Part shown: one piece after another, positions 56,879-64,000 of the stretch
Position numbering within the stretch: the stretch's first letter is position 1
Layout of the letters: each line of letters begins with the position of its first letter
Assembly (NCBI GenBank): GCA_951406725.2
Contig: OX597819.1
Coordinates: 16,120,001 to 16,184,000 of the forward strand
Direction of reading: 5' to 3'
DNA from: Octopus vulgaris
Taxonomy: Eukaryota
Length of the DNA: 64,000 nucleotides
The notes under the pieces: model-generated
What the model saw: only the letters and a program-made list of their open reading frames with translations
Databases searched by the model: none
Told to the model about the DNA's origin: nothing
Made by a program: the position numbers and the translations under genes

Positions 56879-57809
56879 GTGTGTGTGAGGCTGGTACTCT
56901 GTATGTGTGTGTGCGTGTGTGTGTGTAAGATGCCTACTCACACAAACATGTACTTGATAACAAATTTATCTAAAATTTGTCATGTCTGTTGCTGTTATTA
57001 GTACATTTATTGTTTTGTTTCGTTATTTTGTTTTTTGTGTTTCAAGGTCACTACAATTCTTACTAATCAACATCCGTTTCTCAGAGACATTGTCATGCGC
57101 ATTGCTGTCTGTATCGACATTACTTAGCGACGCCAAGATAAGTCACTGCGATAAGAGATGTAAAGATAACGTATTTGTTTAATTTGCTCTCTTTGTTAGC
57201 AAGAATCAAAACAAGAGCCAACGAAGAAGCCTCCTGCTAGACACTCGTGATGCTAGAAATAGTAGATAAATCTCTTTAAATTCTCATCTCAGATGGTTGC
57301 GATTGAATCGATGGGCGTGCTGAATCCAGGTTAGCCAACAATGAAAAACAAGACTAGGAATTTAAGAGGAGCAGGCTCGTCCATCCACCCTTGTACATGA
57401 CTGGTATTTATTTTATCAGCCCCCAAAAGGATGAAAGGCAAAGTTGACCTCGGTGGAATCTGAACTCAGAACATAAAGCCGGAAAAAATGCCGCTAAATA
57501 TTTTTCTCGATACGCTAACGACCCTACCAACTTGTCGTCTTAATGATGTTGATGATGATAATAATCCTTTCTACTATAGGCACAAAGCCTGGAATTTTGG
57601 GGAAAGAGGACTTGTCTAATACATTCACCTCAGTTCTCTACTGGTATGTCTCTCATTTAACCTAAAAGGTTGAAAGGCAAAGACGACCTCAGCGCGGCAA
57701 GAAAATATATGTAGGTGTTAAACATTGTATATGATGTAATAAATGCAACGTGCGGGAACAATTGCGCATTCCCTCCACCCACATAAAGACGCATGTATGT
57801 ATGTATGTA

Positions 57810-58437
57810 TGTATGCTATTATTCAGTTTATTTCAAGATTTCTTGCCAATAGAAAAAGGACTGGTTTCTAACCTAGATCCAAGACTCCTTCATTGGAATG
57901 TATGTCTTCCCATGCATATAGTTGCATATCTAGACATGCTCATATACGAGCATATATTTAAATGATAAACTTCTGGAAGGTTTTACATATTTTTACAGTT
58001 CCATTGATGAATTCGATCTGTAGTCTTCGAATTAGCTTTCTCCTTTCTGGTTTTGAGAAGCCTAATTTCTCAAGATTGGTATTTAGGCAGTGTGTTACAT
58101 ATCCTAGGGCCCCAATAACTACAGATAGAAGTCTGAGCTTGTAATCTGGGTAGAGTAACTGCAGATTTCACAATAGTTCAGCATAGGTATTCTCTTTTTC
58201 GCTGATTTTCAGCTTTATGTTAACATCTGCTAATTTCCACAACTGTGCACAGTTTTTCTTCTGTATTCCAAATCATTATATGCTTACATTTTACTGAGGT
58301 CTTCACTGGTATAGTCCACCAGCATTCCTTTTTATTACGTGTGGCTATGGCTTCTACTATATTGTGGGTTCTTATTTCTGTGTCTTCGGGATTATCCTTC
58401 CGACGGATTTCATTACAGAGTGTCCTAGCTACAACGC
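57810..58437 (-). pseudogene. R4/Dong-like non-LTR retrotransposon, RLE endonuclease domain and 3'UTR
   Basis: Minus-strand VVARTLCNEIRRK...ECWWTIPVKTSVKCKH..IMIWNTEEKLCTVVEI..ADVNIKLKISEKENTYAELL..VVIGALG...LEKLGFS...GTVKICKTF. Small deletions remove the PD and SCP motifs. Confidence 0.8.
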
Positions 58438-58495
58438 CACGTCGACCAAAACCTTGTGAGTGGATTTGGTAGACAGAAACAGAAAGAAGCCCGTC

Positions 58496-58534
<39 letters not shown>

Positions 58535-58589
58535 TGATTGATTCTAGTTTCAGCTCACGAGCTGTGGCCATGCTGGGGCACCGCCATGC

Positions 58590-58633
<44 letters not shown>

Positions 58634-58820
58634 ATGTGTTTGTCTCCCCCACTATCGCTTGACAACCGATGGTGGTGTGTTAACGTCTCCGTAACTTAGC
58701 TGTTCGGCAAAACAGACCGATAGAATAAGTACAGGGCTTACAAAGAATAAGTGCTGGGATCGATTTGTTCGACTAAAGGCGGTGCTCCAGTATGTCAAAT
58801 GACTGAAACAAATAAAAGAA
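58438..58820 (+). mobile_element. SINE family A copy (5'-truncated) with an inverted LINE-tail fragment in its microsatellite
   Basis: Body and tail homology, with an antisense insert at 58531-58586. Confidence 0.85.
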
Positions 58821-59574
58821 TATATGAATATATAAAATAGAAACTATACATAGTTTACAATAAAATAGAATCTGGAAATGTACATAGCACACATCAGTTA
58901 AAAAAACCCAATAAAACGTAGTCTGATTTTTCTGAAACAGAAAGACCCCTAGGTGCAATCGTGAAACCCCTCATTTAAGATCTCCCTAAAACAACGGCAA
59001 GTGCCCTCTCCAATTCCTATTCTGCGTATCACAGCTCTATACTTAGGGTATACCATCCATTCTTGCCATTTTTGCAACTTTCACCCACTTTTCGATAATT
59101 TCATTCGAGGACAACATCTCACTCAACACTCTCACTTACATTTTCAAGTGAAACTTGAAAAAGTCGTTGAGGAAAGAATGCTTCTGTCTTCATGCCTTTC
59201 AACATCGTTTACCAGACTACTTCTTTCGCCATCACCACCAGGCATAGGAAAACTGTCCTGCCTACCCGATTGAAGGAAGGTGGCGCGGCTATCGTTACAA
59301 TGGACCCGGCTGATAGAAGGATCCGTCCAATAACTAACTGTTCAACATAACTCCACAAGTCAGTAATGCCCGGACACAGAACGATAATAATCGGAACAGC
59401 TTCCGTTTTCAACTTTAACCTTTGTCCGGGATAAATTGAGAAAAACACGAAGATGTGTGTATGTGTGTGTGTGTGTGTGTGTGCGCGTGCGTGTGTCTGT
59501 CTGTATACATCCCCATCCCACATGAAGTATTATACACATTTACTTTTCAAGTCGCTAACATATATTTACTCATC

Positions 59575-59808
59575 GAAGGTGGCGAGCTGGCAGAATCGTT
59601 AGCACGCCGGGCGAAATGCTTAGTGGTATTTCGTCTGCCGCTACGTTCTGAGTTCAAATTCCGCCGAGGTCAACTTTGCCTTTCACTCTTTCGGGGTCAA
59701 TTAATTAAGTACCATTTACGCACTGGGGTCGATATAATCGACTTAATCCCTTTGTCTGTCCTTGTTTGTCCCCTCTGTGTTTAGCCCTTTGTGGGTAGTA
59801 AAGAAATA
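59575..59808 (+). mobile_element. SINE family C, full-length monomer
   Basis: GGCGAGCTGGCAGAATCGTTAGCACGCCGGGCGAAATGC head, B box, Nin-like domain, and an end at GTAAAGAAATA. Confidence 0.88.
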
Positions 59809-60139
59809 TATATTTACTCGCCTATTCTCTCTCTCTCCCTTTTCAATACTTATCCATTTTCTCTCAATCTCTTTTTATAATTTTACTCTCCTATTTTCTC
59901 TTCTCTGTTACACTGTTTTAACCCCTGAAGCAAGATTTAACCTTAATCCCTAAAATTACCCCACCCCTATCAACCGACTCCACCCCACCAACACGTGTCT
60001 CTATGTTACCCTATTTTGGGAACAACCTCAACTGACTCCCTTCCCGTACTGGTTACTGTCGACAGGATCACACTTTTGGAGCGAAGGTAGTTTGCTAAAT
60101 CATATCGACCCTAATGTACAACTGGTATTTACCTAATCG

Positions 60140-60322
60140 ACTAACCCGCCTGCATGTGGAAGAGCTCATTAATAGCGTTGAACACGAATTGGGGAGATGC
60201 TGCCAAAACCTGTGATGTATTTAGTTTGACATTTCATCTGTCCTGCTTCCCCGCTGATATATGCCCCAGCATGGCCACAGCTTGTGAGCTGAAACTAAAA
60301 AATAAATAAATAAATAAATAAA
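60140..60322 (+). mobile_element. Probable LINE 3' end sharing its tail with SINE family A
   Basis: Non-SINE upstream sequence ending GCCCCAGCATGGCCACAGCTTGTGAGCTGAAACT followed by (AAAT)n. Confidence 0.5.
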
Positions 60323-60507
60323 ATATATATATATGTGTGTGTGTGTGTATCTATATATGTATGTATATGTACGTATATCTATATATGTATATGTGTGTGT
60401 GTATGTATATGATTGTCTATATTATTTATATACATAGAGCAGAAGAGGGAGATGTACATATCTATCTATCTATCTCATATATATATATGTATATATATAT
60501 ATGTGTG

Positions 60508-60547
<40 letters not shown>

Positions 60548-60649
60548 TGTATTGACGTTAGGAAGGGCATCAAGCTGTAAAAACATTGCCAGCGTAGAAA
60601 ATGGATGTTAAACGATGATGATGAAGATAAAAAAATATATAAATAAATA

Positions 60650-61016
60650 TAGGATTAGGGCAGTGGTTAGGGCAGCGGACTCGCGGTCGTAGGATCGTGG
60701 TTTCTATTCCCAGACCAGGTTTTGTGAGTGTTTATTGAGCGAAAACGCCTAAAGCTCCATGAGATCCGGCAAGGGGTGTTGGCGAACCCAGCTGTATTCT
60801 TTCACCACAACTTTCTCTCACTCTTTCTTCCTGTTTCTCTTGTACCTGTATTTCAAAGGGCGGGCCTTGTCACAGTCTTTGTCACGCTGAATCTCCCCGA
60901 GAACTACGTTAAGGGTACATGTGTCTGTGGAAACCTCAGCCACATTAATTTCACCAGCAGGCTGTTCCGTTGATCAGATCAACTGGAACCCTCGTCGTCG
61001 TAACCGACGGAGTACC

Positions 61017-61018
<2 letters not shown>
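60650..61018 (+). mobile_element. SINE family B copy
   Basis: Reverse complement homologue of 697-1080. Confidence 0.85.
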
Positions 61019-61068
<50 letters not shown>

Positions 61069-61618
61069 AAAGAAAAAAAAAGAACACACACATATATATA
61101 CATATATGTACAGATATAAACACACATATATTTATATACACACACACATATATATACATATACGTACACACACACACATGCATACATACCTACCTACATA
61201 CATGATAATTATCCTCATGGAGGGGTGGGAGTGGGTTGTGATATCAATGTCAAAACAATCAGCATGTGTAAGTCGCAACTCCGACCCGCTCCACGCCCTC
61301 TTATTTTACAGCTCCTCCAGGGTGGGCATGGTCGGCTGTGGTGGTGAGCTGATGTAGTACCTTTATTGTCCTGGTACCTTAATTGTCGGGGTGTGAGTTT
61401 GGAAAGTTGTCAGGCAGGTGCTAAACAGCGAGAAACTCTACCTACCTTGAGTGCAACAGGTGTGCGGGTGGATGCTCGGGTATGTAGTTAGGCTGACGAT
61501 GGGTGGCAGGAGGGGTGGTTATTTCAGCGGAATATGGAAAGGGGAGTAGATAGAGAGGGGATGGTATATAAGAGTGGTGATGGTGTATATATATATATGA
61601 GTGTATATATATATATGA

Positions 61619-61650
<32 letters not shown>

Positions 61651-61654
61651 CTTT

Positions 61655-61798
61655 TTTAGTTTGTTTCAGACATTGGACTGCGGCCATACTGGAGCATAAC
61701 CGACCCCATTACTTATTTTTTCTAAGCTTGGTACTTATTCAATAGGTCTCTTGTTACCGAATCTCTAGCTTACGGGGACTTAAACAAACCAACAACGG
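61655..61798 (-). mobile_element. SINE family A 3' fragment
   Basis: Tail homology. Confidence 0.7.
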
Positions 61799-62202
61799 TT
61801 TCTTTACTACCCACAAGGGTCTAAACACAGAGAGTACAAACAAGAACAGACAAAGGGATTAAGTCGATTACATCGACCCCAGTGCGTAAATGGTACTTAA
61901 TTTATCGACCCCGAAAGGATGAAAGGTAAAGTCGACCTCGGCGAAATTTGAACTCAAAACGTAGCGGCAGACGAAATACCTATTTCTTTACTACCCACAA
62001 GGGGCTAAACACAGAGAGTACGAACAAGGACAGACAAAGGGATTAAGTCGATTACATCGACCCCAGTGCGTAAATGGTACTTAATTTATCGACCCCGAAA
62101 GGATGAAAGGCAAAGTCGACCTCGGCGGAATTTGAACTCAGAACGTAACGGCAGACGAAATACCGCTACATCTCGCCCGGCGTGCTGACGTTTCTGCCAG
62201 CT
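61799..62202 (-). mobile_element. SINE family C, head plus tandem second unit
   Basis: Two ~183-bp units with junction CAGACGAAATACC|TATTTCTTTAC at 61980/61981. Confidence 0.88.
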
Positions 62203-63126
62203 CACAACTGTTTTTTTATTGTCATCGTTTTTACACCGGATTCCAGATTCCTTTTTTGTTCTGTCTTCGCTATTCTTGCGGATATTGTAATACTGAAACC
62301 AGCCACTAGCTCTATCAAATATCAAAAGTTCGAGAGTCGTGTGGGGGTGGTGGGGGGCTGTAGATATCGCGGTTCCCGGTCCCTTTTGCTACTATTTAAA
62401 CTTATAAACAAAAACATTAAAGATGATAGCCACGTCTCATAGACCAGTGGGCATTGTTGCCAGGTAAACTTAATATTTGTTAATCGCTGCCAGCGAGTGT
62501 ATATTACTGTTGGGAGATACCATAATCGTGATGACCTCCTGCAAAAATCTTACGTAAAACAAAAAAAAAAAAACACTTTCTCCAGCAGTTAGCTGCTTGT
62601 AGATAAGACAATGGGTGTATGTGGGGGTGGTGGTGGTGGTGGTGGTGGTGTGTGTGTGTATGTATTATCAGAACCGTCAAACTATTGAGCGACTGTATAT
62701 GCATACGGAAGACAGACTTGCTGTGATATACCTTTGCCTCAGTGGGTGCTGTGAACAATAGTACATACATACATACATGCATACATACATACATTCGTAC
62801 ATACATACATACATTCATACATACATTCATACATACATACATACATACATACACACGCATACATACACACACATACATATACACGTACATACATTCATAC
62901 ATATACACATACATACATACATACATACATGTGTAAGTGTTTGTGTGAAGGGAGGCATGGTCCAGTGGCTAGGGTGTTTCGCTCACGGTTACCAGATCGC
63001 GGTTTCGATCCTTGGACCGGGTGCTGTGTTGTGTTGGCTTGCTCACCACGCCAGCAGGGTGGCGTCATACGAAAGCTAAAACGGTGTGAAACACACTGTG
63101 ACCAGCGATGTATAACAACATCCATG

Positions 63127-63157
<31 letters not shown>

Positions 63158-63166
<9 letters not shown>

Positions 63167-63589
63167 TCAGGTCGCCGGAACGAGTGTGTGTGGGCGTACC
63201 AGCGAGTCTTAAAGCTGTTTGACGTCATTCCGATGTACGATTTTCTTTTATCATCGGGGCCTGATCGTACCTCGCATGTGTAGACGAGGTCCTTCTGTAG
63301 GCAGTTGTTGTTGAGGGGGCAGATAGCAATTGCAACTTCCCTGATAAAACCACTTGCCCCCTCAACAACAACTGCCCACAGAAAGACCTCGTCTACACAT
63401 GCGAGGTACGATCAGGCCCCGATGATAAAAGAAAATCGTACATCGGAATGACGTCAAACAGCTTTAAGACTCGCTGGTACGCCCACACACACTCGTTCCG
63501 GCGACCTGACAAATCCAACCAAACTACCCTCGCCGCCCACATCTGGTACCTTAAAAGGAACTCCATCCCCTTCAAGATCAAGTGGAGAC

Positions 63590-63591
<2 letters not shown>
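63158..63591 (+). pseudogene. Penelope-like element GIY-YIG endonuclease fragment (63322-63591) with a 164-bp inverted duplication
   Basis: Open frame SNCNFPDKTTCPLNNNCPQKDLVYTCEV...KSYIGMTSNSFKTRWYAHTHSFRRPDKSNQTTLAAHIWYLKRNSIPFKIKW. Arms 63158-63321 and 63355-63518 are near-perfect reverse complements, flanked by (TA)n. Confidence 0.9.
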
Positions 63592-63624
<33 letters not shown>

Positions 63625-63980
63625 GCTTTTATTTATTTCAGTCATTTGACTGCGGCTATACTGGAGCACCGCCTTTAGTCGAACAAATCGACCCCAGAAC
63701 TTATTCTTTGTAAGCCCAGTATTTATTCTATCAGTCTCTTTTACCAAACCACTAAGCTACGGGGACGTAAACACACCAACATCGGTTGTCAAGAGATGGT
63801 GGGATGACAAACACACACACACATATATATACGACTGTAGCTTCTTTCATTTTCCATCTACCAAATCCACTCACAAGGCTTTGGTCGGCCCGAGGCTATA
63901 GTAGAAGACACTTGCCCAAGGTGCTACGCAGTGGGACTGAACCCAGAGCCATGTGGTTGGGAAGCAAGCTACATACCATA
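63625..63980 (-). mobile_element. SINE family A copy
   Basis: Reverse copy with tail, body and most of the head. Confidence 0.9.
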
Positions 63981-64000
63981 CACACACACACAGCGTGGCC

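Overview
This is eukaryotic, repeat-dominated DNA with no prokaryotic genes, operons or CRISPR arrays. The very high microsatellite load ((TA)n, (TG)n, (TATG)n, (GATA)n, (CAC)n) and the tRNA-derived SINE families suggest a coleoid cephalopod, most likely Octopus (inference). Nearly all long ORFs in the track are microsatellite artefacts. Recognisable content: about 14 copies of one SINE family (family A, with an internal microsatellite) plus three other SINE families; a 5S rRNA pseudogene; decayed Tc1 and maT/mariner transposases; MITEs (hAT, piggyBac, mariner and an 8-bp-TSD type); two Helitron-type elements; and LINE remnants (RTE, CR1/L2-like, R4/Dong-like RLE). There is one plausible host exon, a 40-codon signal-peptide-like first exon at 11284-11403, with no further exon that I could find. 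The most notable theme is a Penelope-like element (PLE) and hammerhead-ribozyme (HHR) system. It includes a GIY-YIG fragment with an inverted duplication, a 3x82-bp HHR-like array with an inverted arm, several solo HHR-like motifs, and a tRNA-headed, HHR-carrying element in head-to-head form with a 15-bp TSD that is a candidate PLE-mobilised SINE or retrozyme. All boundaries were read by eye and are approximate, and no searches were run.
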